DNA of 64,000 nucleotides from Candidatus Amesbacteria bacterium RIFOXYB1_FULL_44_23 (GTDB taxonomy: Bacteria; Patescibacteriota; Microgenomatia; CAZETR01; Amesbacteraceae): positions 7,266 through 71,265 of the forward strand of contig MEXR01000032.1 in assembly GCA_001773775.1 (NCBI GenBank). The letters run 5' to 3'. Shown here piece by piece: positions 34,034-43,862 of the stretch (position 1 is the first letter of the stretch; the number at the start of each line of letters is the position of its first letter). Both the position numbers and the translations under genes were made by a program. The notes below the pieces were generated by a model, which did not search any database, had not been told where the DNA came from, and saw only the letters and a program-made list of their open reading frames with translations.

Positions 34034-37000
34034 TAGGGTTGGTAGTGATTTAGCCAAGTAACGTAATCGGCACCGTCTACTTTACCATCATTATTGAAAT
34101 CACCGACACTGGCTCCACCGGCAACTGCTTGTTCATAGTGATTTAGCCAAATGATGTAATCGAGTCCGTCAATTTTTAAATCACTGTTGGCATCACCAGG
34201 AATCGGAGTGGGGATGGCACTGGGCGTTTGGGTGGGGGACTGAGTTGAAGTGGGAACAGAAATAGTCGGCTGGAGAGTGGGTACGGGAGTAATAAGAGAG
34301 GTGCCGGGAGCGGAGATGGTTTTGGTCAGTCCCTGGATGTAGAAAAGATCGCCGGTTTTTAGCGCGGGGACATCTACGTACGGCTCTAATTGACTGCGGG
34401 TGGCATTAAGAACGTAGCGTTTGGCGTTTAGAAGACCGGTTCTGTCCTGCCAGGGCTGAACACTAACTTCTCCGGCTGCTTCCGGGGCGTTAACCATAAA
34501 CCAGTAGGGAGCCATACGTTCATAGGCTGTCACCTGATTGGTGACTTCCGGTAGGGCATGCTGGCTCATGAAAGAGCCGACTTCGGGGACCAGGTCGAGA
34601 AAATCAACCGTGAAGGTGTAAGCGCCGCCGGTAAGGGCGCCGCTTCTGAAGTAGAGCAGATCGTAGATCAGGCCGTAGGTCGAATATTGGGACCACTGAG
34701 TGCCGATTTGCTGGGTGTGGAAAGTAATTTCTCCCACATCGGGCCGGTATGCCTGGACCGTCCACAAGTGGCCACCATTTTCAAACCCGGTTTGGGAGAG
34801 GCTTTCGGGGTTTTTACTTAAGGCCAGGCGCATCAAAAGCAGTTTAGTGAAGACCTGTTTTTGGGTATCGGTGTTGGCTGCGGCCTGATTGCCTAATTTA
34901 ATATAGCCCAGATATCCGGCCAGGTAGTTATTAAGAGTGTAGGGAGTGCTAATTCTGAAGCGGTTCCCGGTAAAGGGATTTTGGAGCTTGTTGGAAACTG
35001 CGGAAAAGAGAGTTTGGGCATTGCCGAATTCCTGAGCATATTTGGCCAGGGTATATAAACTTTTGGGTGAGTAAGACCAGCCTTGAGTATCGATAGACCA
35101 GTTTACAGAGGTGTTTTGGTTTATAACCCGATTGGCCCGGTTGAACTCATATTCAAAATCCGGAAGAGGGAGATGGTCTTCCCGGCGGGTTCCACTGCCA
35201 AAGCCGGTGTGGACGATCGAAGTGATTGGATCGTGACTGTATTCACTCTGAATGTAAGTGCGAAGGGCCAATTGCTGATCTGACGGAAGTAGCGGTAGTG
35301 CATCAAGCAGAGTAAGAATTGTTTCTGAGGGGTTGTGGTAATACTGGAACAGCCATTCTCCGGCTGAGTTGTCTAAGTTATTGAGAATGCCGTAGTAAAT
35401 GCGGTAGGGGCGTAAATGTCCGGCAGTTTCCATAGCTGAAATCTCCCGGCTTAAGCGAGAAACCAGCGGATCTGAAGCTGAAGCTGCAGTGGATGAAGCC
35501 GGGGATTGGGTCCACAAAGAGGAAACTCCGGGAATGGTCACGCTAAGTTGACCGGTGTTGGCAACGGCAGCCCATCTGCCTAAAGGAAGAGGGTAATTAA
35601 GATCCAGGTGGTTTGCCAGGGGCTGGGAGTTGAAAGTGATTTGAGTGTTATTCCAGGCAGCCAGCGCGGTAGTGGGAGGAATAAAGGCGACATCTGAAGG
35701 AGTACTGCCACCGGCAAATCCGAATTTAGTAAAAGCGGAATAACTGTAAGTTTGGGTGGCACTAGCGGTGGTAAAGGAGGAGTTTTCGGTCCAGGAGGTG
35801 GGGAAAACTCTGGCCAGCTGATCGATTTGATCGGCTTTGGATACTTCAGCTGTGTTCGGCCCTGCTACCTGCCAGCGATCTAAGATTGAGTTCAGGCGAT
35901 CGTCGGCATAATAGGTGGGGCCTTTGCCGGGTAAGGGACTGCTTAAACCATTAAAAGGAGTAAGGCTGATGTGTCCGGTTGATGAGGCAAAGTTTAAGAT
36001 GATTCCGGTTGAACGGACGCTGATTGAGGAAGGACGATTTTCCAAGGAAACGACAACCGGAAACCAGCGATGGTTGTCGGAAGTGTCCCAGACTATAAAC
36101 CAGCCGTCGGTCAGGCTGCTGCCGGCAACGTCGCCTGCGCCGATAACCCGGGTGATTCCGGATGCGGATGGATAGGCAATTCCGGCAACCGGCCCGGAGA
36201 GTTTGAGATATGAGCCGGTGTTATGTAATAGCAGGGTAGGAGTAACAGGCGAGGTGCGGATAGTCAGAGTGCCGTTGTCATAAGTAGAAGTGAGGGTAGG
36301 AGCAAATGTCGAAGCTGTGACTGTGGTTTGGGTGGGCATAAGTGAGGGGTGGGCAATAACAGAAAATGGATTAAACACATACATGGGATACGAATTCAAA
36401 GCGGCGTTTGGCCTAAGGTCTAAATACGATTCCTGTTGGTGCCATGTAGGCCAGATGTTGGTATTGGAGGTGACATTGGAAAAGATTCCGGTAATTTTTA
36501 GAGGACCTTCGGTGGCTGTTACCTGGACGCCGGTATTTTTGTTTCGAATTGAAGCAATGGCGGCGGTTTGATTCCAAAGGTATTGTTTGGCAGTTCCCTG
36601 GGAACTGAATTCAACCAGGGCGTTATTGGTGATGGAGTAGACCTTCCCGCGAAAAGGAATCATGGGCGCCTGATCACCGGATTTCCAATAGCCATATGGC
36701 CAACCCCGGCGGAACAATTCGGGAACGAGGTAACTTAAGAAGCTGTCGCCGCCCTGATCCCAATAATTGCTGGACTGGGTAGGGCTGGATGAATAACGAA
36801 AGACTCTGGCTGCCCGTTCGGCCATCAGTTTATGGTGAATAAAGTTGGGGCCGGCCGCATAGGCTGAGGGTTCGTCGATGGCCCAGTTACCTTCAGGTAA
36901 ACTGAAATATCTACTGCCGGGAACCCAACCTACCAGTCCCCCCCGGCCGATGGCACTATTGGTGATGTAGTTGTTGCGGGCGTAAAGTACGTTATCAGAT

Positions 37001-38229
37001 CCGATAAGCGGAGGATAAGCGGTGCCGGCTTTTCCGCCAACATAAGCAAATGGCATATGGTCGTCAACCTGGCCATTGCCTTCCAAATCGGCTAGATATT
37101 CATTTCCGTTGGCAGCGTAGACCATGAAATAAGTCCGGCGGTAAGCACGATTGGCAGATTCAGTGACCCGGGTGGCCGGATCGCAGGTGGTGGTGTTTTC
37201 CGAGAGAATATAAGTTTCGTTTTGGTTGTCTAAATAGGTGATGTGTTTAGCAGCGCTAAGCATGGAAAATCCGTGCATCCAGGGCTGATTTCCGGCTTCA
37301 ATGGGCACAATGGGCAGAAAGGAGGTAAAGGAGTTACGGTCGCATGTGCTGCCCTGCGAATACAAATCGGTTGATTCCAGGTGGGTTTGAGTGATGTCAA
37401 ACAAACGAACGAAGATGACATATTTGGTGCCGTTGTACGAATAAACGACCGGCCAGTAGGACTGAAACATGGGACCGGGAAATTTGTCTTTTTGCGGGGT
37501 GGATGGGTCGGCGTCTGATTTCCAAATGATGGCTCCGGTGTCGGCACTGATGGCATAAGCATGCATGTCGTTACTGGCGACATACAGAACTCCGGCATCG
37601 TAGGCAGGGGATTGGTAAATGGTTCCACCGGTTTGCTGACGCCACTTAAGCGATCCGGTATTGAGATCAAAGGCATAAACTGATCCATCTCTGTTGGCGG
37701 CATAAACGGTATTGTTTATGACAATCGGATTGCTTTGAAACCCGGCTTCAGCTTCTGGACTGCGCCATAGAAGCTGATACGAATTACCATTATCCTTGAT
37801 GGCGTGAATCCGCTTGTCCATTCCGGGAAGGTAAGCTACCCCGGCTACGACGGTAGGGGAGTTTCCTGAAGGAAGCGAAGTAGGATAATGCCATTTCAGT
37901 CCGGAGGTAGCTTGTCTTGATGGAGTGTCGAATCGGACGGCCGAAGGGTCAACGGCATACAATCCATCGGAAGCGGCCACATAAATAGTGTCACGACCCT
38001 GGGAATCTTTTGTAGCTATGGGGTGAATACGTTGGGAAACATAAGAACCGATGGGCAAAAACCAGTCGGGAGTTAATGTACCGGGAACATCTTCTGAAAC
38101 TGTACTGGTGCGGTTATAGTTGCCGGCTACGGTAAACCAGTCAGTGGAGGGAGGCAGGGTTTGGGCGCGAGCAAGCTGAGGGGAACCGAGTAAACATACT
38201 AAAAGTATTAATAGATTGACGACTGTCAT
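34033..38229 (-). CDS. Large secreted protein with PQQ-like beta-propeller repeats and C-terminal dockerin-like domain
   Basis: Signal peptide; YAFDLNTGSLKW and YAISADTGAIIW repeats; P/T linker; twin GDxNxDxKxDGxDY..WLNHY. Confidence 0.85.
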   Translation of the reverse strand: MTVVNLLILLVCLLGSPQLARAQTLPPSTDWFTVAGNYNRTSTVSEDVPGTLTPDWFLPIGSYVSQRIHPIATKDSQGRDTIYVAASDGLYAVDPSAVRFDTPSRQATSGLKWHYPTSLPSGNSPTVVAGVAYLPGMDKRIHAIKDNGNSYQLLWRSPEAEAGFQSNPIVINNTVYAANRDGSVYAFDLNTGSLKWRQQTGGTIYQSPAYDAGVLYVASNDMHAYAISADTGAIIWKSDADPSTPQKDKFPGPMFQSYWPVVYSYNGTKYVIFVRLFDITQTHLESTDLYSQGSTCDRNSFTSFLPIVPIEAGNQPWMHGFSMLSAAKHITYLDNQNETYILSENTTTCDPATRVTESANRAYRRTYFMVYAANGNEYLADLEGNGQVDDHMPFAYVGGKAGTAYPPLIGSDNVLYARNNYITNSAIGRGGLVGWVPGSRYFSLPEGNWAIDEPSAYAAGPNFIHHKLMAERAARVFRYSSSPTQSSNYWDQGGDSFLSYLVPELFRRGWPYGYWKSGDQAPMIPFRGKVYSITNNALVEFSSQGTAKQYLWNQTAAIASIRNKNTGVQVTATEGPLKITGIFSNVTSNTNIWPTWHQQESYLDLRPNAALNSYPMYVFNPFSVIAHPSLMPTQTTVTASTFAPTLTSTYDNGTLTIRTSPVTPTLLLHNTGSYLKLSGPVAGIAYPSASGITRVIGAGDVAGSSLTDGWFIVWDTSDNHRWFPVVVSLENRPSSISVRSTGIILNFASSTGHISLTPFNGLSSPLPGKGPTYYADDRLNSILDRWQVAGPNTAEVSKADQIDQLARVFPTSWTENSSFTTASATQTYSYSAFTKFGFAGGSTPSDVAFIPPTTALAAWNNTQITFNSQPLANHLDLNYPLPLGRWAAVANTGQLSVTIPGVSSLWTQSPASSTAASASDPLVSRLSREISAMETAGHLRPYRIYYGILNNLDNSAGEWLFQYYHNPSETILTLLDALPLLPSDQQLALRTYIQSEYSHDPITSIVHTGFGSGTRREDHLPLPDFEYEFNRANRVINQNTSVNWSIDTQGWSYSPKSLYTLAKYAQEFGNAQTLFSAVSNKLQNPFTGNRFRISTPYTLNNYLAGYLGYIKLGNQAAANTDTQKQVFTKLLLMRLALSKNPESLSQTGFENGGHLWTVQAYRPDVGEITFHTQQIGTQWSQYSTYGLIYDLLYFRSGALTGGAYTFTVDFLDLVPEVGSFMSQHALPEVTNQVTAYERMAPYWFMVNAPEAAGEVSVQPWQDRTGLLNAKRYVLNATRSQLEPYVDVPALKTGDLFYIQGLTKTISAPGTSLITPVPTLQPTISVPTSTQSPTQTPSAIPTPIPGDANSDLKIDGLDYIIWLNHYEQAVAGGASVGDFNNDGKVDGADYVTWLNHYQP

Positions 38230-38346
38230 AACTGATATTTAACTATAGCTAATCATAATAGTATATTTGCGAACGGATGTGAACAGGTATTTGGATTGCA
38301 GTGATTTGCTGATTGCAAGGATTAGGGGGTATGCTAAAATTTGCGC

Positions 38347-38547
38347 ATGGCTTACGTGTGTGATAATTGTGGAAAAGGCGTGCAATATGGAGAGTCGCAT
38401 ACTCATGGACGGGGTGTGGCAGGAGGCAGGTGGAAGAAAAGAGCACCCAGAACCAGAAAAGTGTTTAAACCTAATTTGCACAAATGGGAAGGATTGAGAT
38501 TGTGTACCAAGTGTCTAAGAAAACTTAAGGGGAGTAAGGGAAAGTAA
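38347..38547 (+). CDS. rpmB: 50S ribosomal protein L28
   Basis: CDNCGK...GRGVAGGRWKKRAPRTRKVFKPNL...CTKCLR. Confidence 0.93.
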   Translation: MAYVCDNCGKGVQYGESHTHGRGVAGGRWKKRAPRTRKVFKPNLHKWEGLRLCTKCLRKLKGSKGK

Positions 38548-39315
38548 TTTGAGACGTTTGCCTTCAGGATTTATAGTCCACAAGCCAGGCCATGGCCAAT
38601 AGGCTCTGAATTTGGAATCAAGAAGGGGAGATTTTGCGGCCAGCTGGGATTTCAATTCAGGATACGGGACAAAGCCGTCCTGGCGGGTAAGCTTTCTGGT
38701 GTAGGTAGATTGGGAATCGTCCTGGGCAACAGGGTGAATGGACTTTGGAAGTGAGTTGTTTTGAAGCAAATCAAGAAACAAATCGGTACCTTTTTCAAAT
38801 AATCTCTTTCCCAATATTGGGGGAGTGTCGGTGTCTAAAATGACGTCTTTTTTTTGGGCGACAACCGGTCCGTGATCCATCTGAGCATCCAGTTGAATAA
38901 CGGTTACACCGGTATCTTTTTCTCCATCAAGTATTTGCTGTTGCAGGGGTGAAGGACCCCTATATTTAGGAAGCATTGATGGGTGAATATTGTATATTTG
39001 ATTATTAAATATACTCAGTATGTTTTGCGGAATAATCTGGCCGAATGCCGCCACCAGACCCAGTGTTTGGTTGTGGGAATCAATAAAATTTTCAGGTAGT
39101 TTTTTAAGCGATTCTATAACATGGATTTGATACTTTTGGGCCAGTACTTTTACGGGATTGGGGGTAAGTTTTAGATGGCGACCTACCGGTTTGTCAGGCG
39201 AGGTGACTACGTAACGCAGCTGAATGTCGTTGGAGGTGAGTTGGTGGTGGATTAATTTGTCTAAAACCGGAAGGGAGTACTCAGAGGAGCCAAAAAAAAT
39301 GAGATTTATGCTCAT
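38515..39315 (-). CDS. fmt: Methionyl-tRNA formyltransferase
   Basis: FFGSS, VVTSPDKPVGR, NIHPSMLPKYRGPSP, MDHGP. Confidence 0.95.
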   Translation of the reverse strand: MSINLIFFGSSEYSLPVLDKLIHHQLTSNDIQLRYVVTSPDKPVGRHLKLTPNPVKVLAQKYQIHVIESLKKLPENFIDSHNQTLGLVAAFGQIIPQNILSIFNNQIYNIHPSMLPKYRGPSPLQQQILDGEKDTGVTVIQLDAQMDHGPVVAQKKDVILDTDTPPILGKRLFEKGTDLFLDLLQNNSLPKSIHPVAQDDSQSTYTRKLTRQDGFVPYPELKSQLAAKSPLLDSKFRAYWPWPGLWTINPEGKRLKLLSLTPLKFS

Positions 39316-39373
39316 GATTTGATTCTATACTAATTTGGTTGATTTGAAATATATTCTGTCTATAATGTGCAGT

Positions 39374-39598
39374 ATGTCTAACTCAGAAGCTAGAGAACAG
39401 AGGGGTGACGATAAGCAGCCTCCTCAGGAGCCTTCTGACATGCAAAAGCTTTATGATGCAGCGGTGGAAGGTAATAATGCAATGGCTGATGGCGATAGAA
39501 AAAAAGCCAGGTTAGCTCTTCATCGGGTAACATGGTTGACAGAAAAAATGAAAGATGTTGACAGAAATACTGAGAGCAAGCAAGAAGAAGTAACCTAG
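39374..39598 (+). CDS. Small hypothetical protein inserted antisense between def and fmt
   Basis: Own TATAAT upstream; helical ORF. Confidence 0.5.
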   Translation: MSNSEAREQRGDDKQPPQEPSDMQKLYDAAVEGNNAMADGDRKKARLALHRVTWLTEKMKDVDRNTESKQEEVT

Positions 39599-40140
39599 AT
39601 CGTCACTTCTTCGTAAACTTCACCCTTGATCAGATACAATTTTGAATGTTGAGTGAGAACGTGGTCGACAAAAAGAATTCCGTTTAAGTGATCGGTTTCG
39701 TGTTGGATGATGTGAGCTAAAAACCCGGTGAACACACCTGTTTTTTCAACTAATTGAGGCTCGGGCTGGGTCATATCGATGTCTTGGTATTTGACGGTAA
39801 CTGATTGGGATCTTTTAATGGGGGAATAGTGGTTGGGGATTGAGAGGCAGCCTTCATAGACGCCGTTTTTGGCGTTCGGCTGTTGCAGGCGCTGGCTGTA
39901 TTGAGTGATTTCGGGATTGATAAACAAAAGCGGTGGTTTTTTGAGGTCGGGTCTGGCTAAGAATAACTTAAGCGGTTCTCCTACCTGAGGAGCTGCCAGG
40001 CCTACTCCTTCAGGATCTTTGGCAGACAGCAAAGTTTGGGTCATATCCTCAATCAGATCCAGAAGTTTTTTGTCGACTCTTTCTACCGGTTTGGTTATCT
40101 GACGCAGGACAGGATGGGGAACGCAAACTATTCTGGCCAT
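39595..40140 (-). CDS. def: Peptide deformylase
   Basis: GVGLAAPQVG, EGCLS, QHETDHLNG. Confidence 0.97.
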   Translation of the reverse strand: MARIVCVPHPVLRQITKPVERVDKKLLDLIEDMTQTLLSAKDPEGVGLAAPQVGEPLKLFLARPDLKKPPLLFINPEITQYSQRLQQPNAKNGVYEGCLSIPNHYSPIKRSQSVTVKYQDIDMTQPEPQLVEKTGVFTGFLAHIIQHETDHLNGILFVDHVLTQHSKLYLIKGEVYEEVTI

Positions 40141-42140
40141 GAGTCGATTTTAGCAGACTGGGAGGCAATTTCTTCAAGTTGTAGTTTGGGGTCGGCAAAA
40201 TCAGGCTTAAGTTTTAATGAGTTTTCGAACTCCGCTTTGGCTTTGGGGAACTGCTCTTGGTACTTGTAGATCACGCCCAGATTGTAGGGAATCCGGGGAT
40301 CGGTGGGAGAAATTTCGGAAGCCGTAAGTAAATACTTAGCGGCAGAATCTAACATCTCCGGGTTGACTGTAGAGAGAATGATGGCGGCTTTTGAAGCTGA
40401 TTTGTAGTAGTTGGGGTGGTGGGGATTGGCAGAAATGGATTTATTGATGAGAAACTCAGTGATTTTTTTCAGTCCGGCCGAGGTGGAGGCATCCGAATCC
40501 GAAGTAAGAACTGACATATATGCGGTGGCCAGGGCCAGTTCTGAGGAGATGGCCGGCTCGCTAGAGTTGAGTTCGTAGGCCTGATTGAGTTTTTGGTAGG
40601 CAGAAACAATGTAGGAAACTTCCTGGGTCAGAGCAAAAGCGCGCAGATCGGTTTGACCGCCGGAGTATTTGGTGTCGGCTAACCAGTAACGGGCAAGCAT
40701 TAATTGAACGTATCCGGCCGCACAAAGGGCAATTAAAAACAGAAATACATTTCTGAAACTGTTTTCGGAAGGAGGCAGAGGGACTGGGGGGTCACGTTGA
40801 AAAGAGAGACTAATTGCAGGGAGTAAAAACATGAGTATTTGTACCGGAACTACTGAAAAGCCCCAAAAGTTTGTAAAGGGGATGGTTAACCAGCCAGCCA
40901 AAAGGGCGAGACTTAGATTTGAGTAGGTCGGGTCTATTTTTTTAGCATGGTCGGATTTTGAGGCCAGTGGGGCTGGGGGAGGAATCAAGACCGACCTAAT
41001 CAGTACGTACCCCATGACTACCAGCAAAACCAGGTATGACCCCAGGCCGAGAATGCCGGTGGTAGTTAAGTAGTTTAAGAATTCATTGTGGGCTTTGTTG
41101 TATAAAAGTTCCCATTCGGAAGTCGCGTTGTGTTCCGGGGGACGATTTTGATAGTAGGCCATGGTAAAGGTTTCCGGACCGGTGCCTATCAGGATAGTTT
41201 GATTTGATGACAGCCAGGCTCTGACAGCTCCGGTCCAGACTATTTTTCTGATGGCTTCGGAGTTAGTGCCGCCTGATTCCAAAACCGTGCCGGTGGGAGT
41301 TTTTACGGGTGGGGAGGTGTTAGTGGGCGGAAAAAGATAGTCGCGAAAAGGGTTTGAGATAAGAAGCGGGAAAACAATCACCGAAAGCCAGGCGATAACG
41401 GCCAGGTAATTTTTTACGGTTTTAATACCGGACTGTTTAATAGTTAAACCCCAGAAGACCAGCCACGAGAGGCCAAAAGCCAACATGCCGGACCGGCTTT
41501 TAGTGTAGATGAGACAGACAAAAAGAAGTGCAAAAAGAAACAAATGAAAATAACCACCCTTTTTTGAAGTCAGCCAGGAGAGGGGAATAAAGACCAAAGC
41601 AATTAGATATGAAGCCAGCCAATTGGGCTGGCCGAGAGTACTAAAGACCCGGTTTTGAACGTCCTGAACCCAGATATGGGCGTCGATCCCCATGTGCTGG
41701 GCTGCGCCGTAAAGCGAGACCAGGAAAGCTGCTAATAAAGCGAATTTTAGATTTGTCAGAGTTGATTTACGGTCCATGTAGGTGACAAAGCTCCAATACA
41801 AAAGGCTGTAGCTGACCAAAGAAAGAAGACCGCCGTTGAAGCGGGAATAATACCCTAAAAGAGAGATTTGCTGATTGATGGAAAAAAAGAAACTCAGTAG
41901 TTGACTGGCCAGAAACAGCAGGATGGGCCAGTCTAAAAGAGAACGGCGAAAAATAATTTTACGCTGAAAAATCATATCCGAGACCCAGGCAAAGACGATT
42001 ACGGAAGTGAGGCTGTAGGTGGCGACGATTTTGTTAAATTCAAAAAGCTCGGAGTTGTTAGGAAGAAAAATGAGGGGAACCAGGACTAACAGTAAGTGGA
42101 AACAAATGCGGATGACTTTCGCCGGCCAGGACATAGACAT
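40128..42140 (-). CDS. O-antigen ligase-family membrane protein with C-terminal TPR
   Basis: STLGQPNWLA, TKSRSG, GTGPETF, KAHNEFL, TPR. Confidence 0.85.
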   Translation of the reverse strand: MSMSWPAKVIRICFHLLLVLVPLIFLPNNSELFEFNKIVATYSLTSVIVFAWVSDMIFQRKIIFRRSLLDWPILLFLASQLLSFFFSINQQISLLGYYSRFNGGLLSLVSYSLLYWSFVTYMDRKSTLTNLKFALLAAFLVSLYGAAQHMGIDAHIWVQDVQNRVFSTLGQPNWLASYLIALVFIPLSWLTSKKGGYFHLFLFALLFVCLIYTKSRSGMLAFGLSWLVFWGLTIKQSGIKTVKNYLAVIAWLSVIVFPLLISNPFRDYLFPPTNTSPPVKTPTGTVLESGGTNSEAIRKIVWTGAVRAWLSSNQTILIGTGPETFTMAYYQNRPPEHNATSEWELLYNKAHNEFLNYLTTTGILGLGSYLVLLVVMGYVLIRSVLIPPPAPLASKSDHAKKIDPTYSNLSLALLAGWLTIPFTNFWGFSVVPVQILMFLLPAISLSFQRDPPVPLPPSENSFRNVFLFLIALCAAGYVQLMLARYWLADTKYSGGQTDLRAFALTQEVSYIVSAYQKLNQAYELNSSEPAISSELALATAYMSVLTSDSDASTSAGLKKITEFLINKSISANPHHPNYYKSASKAAIILSTVNPEMLDSAAKYLLTASEISPTDPRIPYNLGVIYKYQEQFPKAKAEFENSLKLKPDFADPKLQLEEIASQSAKIDSWPE

Positions 42141-42182
42141 GATTCTACATTAAAAATTGGATTGGGGTAAAATTGTGAATGC

Positions 42183-43166
42183 ATGGAAAAAACAGTTACC
42201 CGGCGAATGATTTTATCGGTGGCAGAAACTGTGGGGATGACTTCAAAAAAGGTTTTGGAAGTATTATTTCTTTTAAGACACGGACAAGCGGTTGAAAATA
42301 ATGAATTGGTTAAACGGACAGGAGTGTCGCGAAACGTGCTTAATTTGTTAAAAAAAGAGTGGTCTGAACTGTTACTTCCGGGTACCGACAAAACCCAGAT
42401 GAAGCCAGAAGTGGTAGGGGAGTTGGATTTACTGTTCGGAGAAGGTTGGCAGCCTGATGATAGCCTGTGGAGGGTATTAGACGGAGAGCTGGGAAGAAGA
42501 ATGATGAATCTTTTAGACAAATATGCTCATTTAAGACCGGAGCCAAACAGGGCGTACGATCAGTTTTATGCCACAAAAGAAACGGTGGCCAAAAGAGCTG
42601 AGCTATTAAATTTTATGGATGACGTGGCCGGCAAAAGATTGTTGTTTTTAGGAGATGATGATTGGGGATCGGTGGGGGTTGGGTTACAAAAGCAGGCAGA
42701 AAAAGTAGTGGCTTTGGACGTAGACAAACGGATGCTGGGAAGTATCAGACAGCTGGCTGAACTGGAGAAGTTGGAGATTGAAACCGAAATGTACGATGCC
42801 AGAGACCCGCTTTTCAACAAGTGGGCCGGGAAGTTTGATGTGGTGTTTACGGATCCGCCATACACCCCACAGGGAGTGGAGTTATTCCTGTCCAGAGCCG
42901 TGTCTGGTTTGGACCTGTCCAAACAGACAGCAAGAATATACTTGTGCTTTGGTAACAGTGATCGGGCCAAAGAACGGTTTTTGCCAATTTACGAACTATT
43001 TGTGAAGTCGGGGTTGATGATTCGGTGGGTGTGGGATAAATTTAACAGATATCAGGGGGCGGAATCGATCGGGAGCGCCAGCAGCTTGTTTATATTAGAA
43101 ACTACATCTAAAACAAAACCGTTAATTTCAGGTAAAAACCATGGAGCAATCTACACCAATAATTAA
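42183..43166 (+). CDS. BpsA-like (DUF43, bis-aminopropyl spermidine synthase family) aminopropyltransferase
   Basis: YDQFYAT, LFLGDDD, LDVDKR, YDARDPL, FDVVFTDPPYT..G..LFLSR. Confidence 0.8.
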   Translation: MEKTVTRRMILSVAETVGMTSKKVLEVLFLLRHGQAVENNELVKRTGVSRNVLNLLKKEWSELLLPGTDKTQMKPEVVGELDLLFGEGWQPDDSLWRVLDGELGRRMMNLLDKYAHLRPEPNRAYDQFYATKETVAKRAELLNFMDDVAGKRLLFLGDDDWGSVGVGLQKQAEKVVALDVDKRMLGSIRQLAELEKLEIETEMYDARDPLFNKWAGKFDVVFTDPPYTPQGVELFLSRAVSGLDLSKQTARIYLCFGNSDRAKERFLPIYELFVKSGLMIRWVWDKFNRYQGAESIGSASSLFILETTSKTKPLISGKNHGAIYTNN

Positions 43167-43482
43167 TCATTTTGTGGCCTTAATTCGATTAGCAGGAGTG
43201 GACGATTGGGGAAACCTAGCCAGTAATTTGGCCGAGAGCCTAATCCAAAAGCTGAACTTAACGGTGATTAAATCTGACAGTCACAACTTTTCTCCCCACG
43301 GAGAAACAAGAGTGTATTTATTGTCACAGTCGCATCTGGCAATTCATACCTGGCCGGAAGACGGGGTGATGCATGTGGACCTAGTCACCTGCAGCGAAGC
43401 CAATTTAGGTCAGTTTGAGGAGGGGGTACGACCGGACTTCCTCAGGGAGAAAATAATTGATTTGCAGGCGAGAAAAGTATAG
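43141..43482 (+). CDS. speD: S-adenosylmethionine decarboxylase proenzyme (class 1B-like)
   Basis: HNFSPHG..VYLLSQSHLAIHTWPE...DLVTC. Confidence 0.85.
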   Translation: MEQSTPIINHFVALIRLAGVDDWGNLASNLAESLIQKLNLTVIKSDSHNFSPHGETRVYLLSQSHLAIHTWPEDGVMHVDLVTCSEANLGQFEEGVRPDFLREKIIDLQARKV

Positions 43483-43517
43483 AAGAGAAGATCGAAAAAG
43501 ACGGAGCGATATGGGAA

Positions 43518-43862
43518 ATGGTAAAATGGGTGATGACAGAAAAAGGCAGCTGGCATAAATTTAGAAGGACAAGTCCCAGTTGGAGAGAAGTTGATGATAC
43601 AGAGAGTAGGGCCATTCAGGAAGCGTTAAGGATAGCGGATGAGGTCGTCAGATTGAGAGACGCAGCTATTTCGAAGGTGGATCCGCAAGTGGGGGAGATG
43701 CAAAAGTTGGTTAAGCAAAAAGCAAGGAGGGGGGAACTGGATATGGGCTTGGTGTTAAAAATTGCCGAAAGAATGGCTGACTTAGAGCAATCGGGTAAGA
43801 TACCCAGCACAGAGGCTTTAGAGAATCAGGCGAGAACAAAATTGGGTCTTTTAAAGCATTAG
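43518..43862 (+). CDS. Hypothetical protein
   Basis: Helical ORF. Confidence 0.6.
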   Translation: MVKWVMTEKGSWHKFRRTSPSWREVDDTESRAIQEALRIADEVVRLRDAAISKVDPQVGEMQKLVKQKARRGELDMGLVLKIAERMADLEQSGKIPSTEALENQARTKLGLLKH

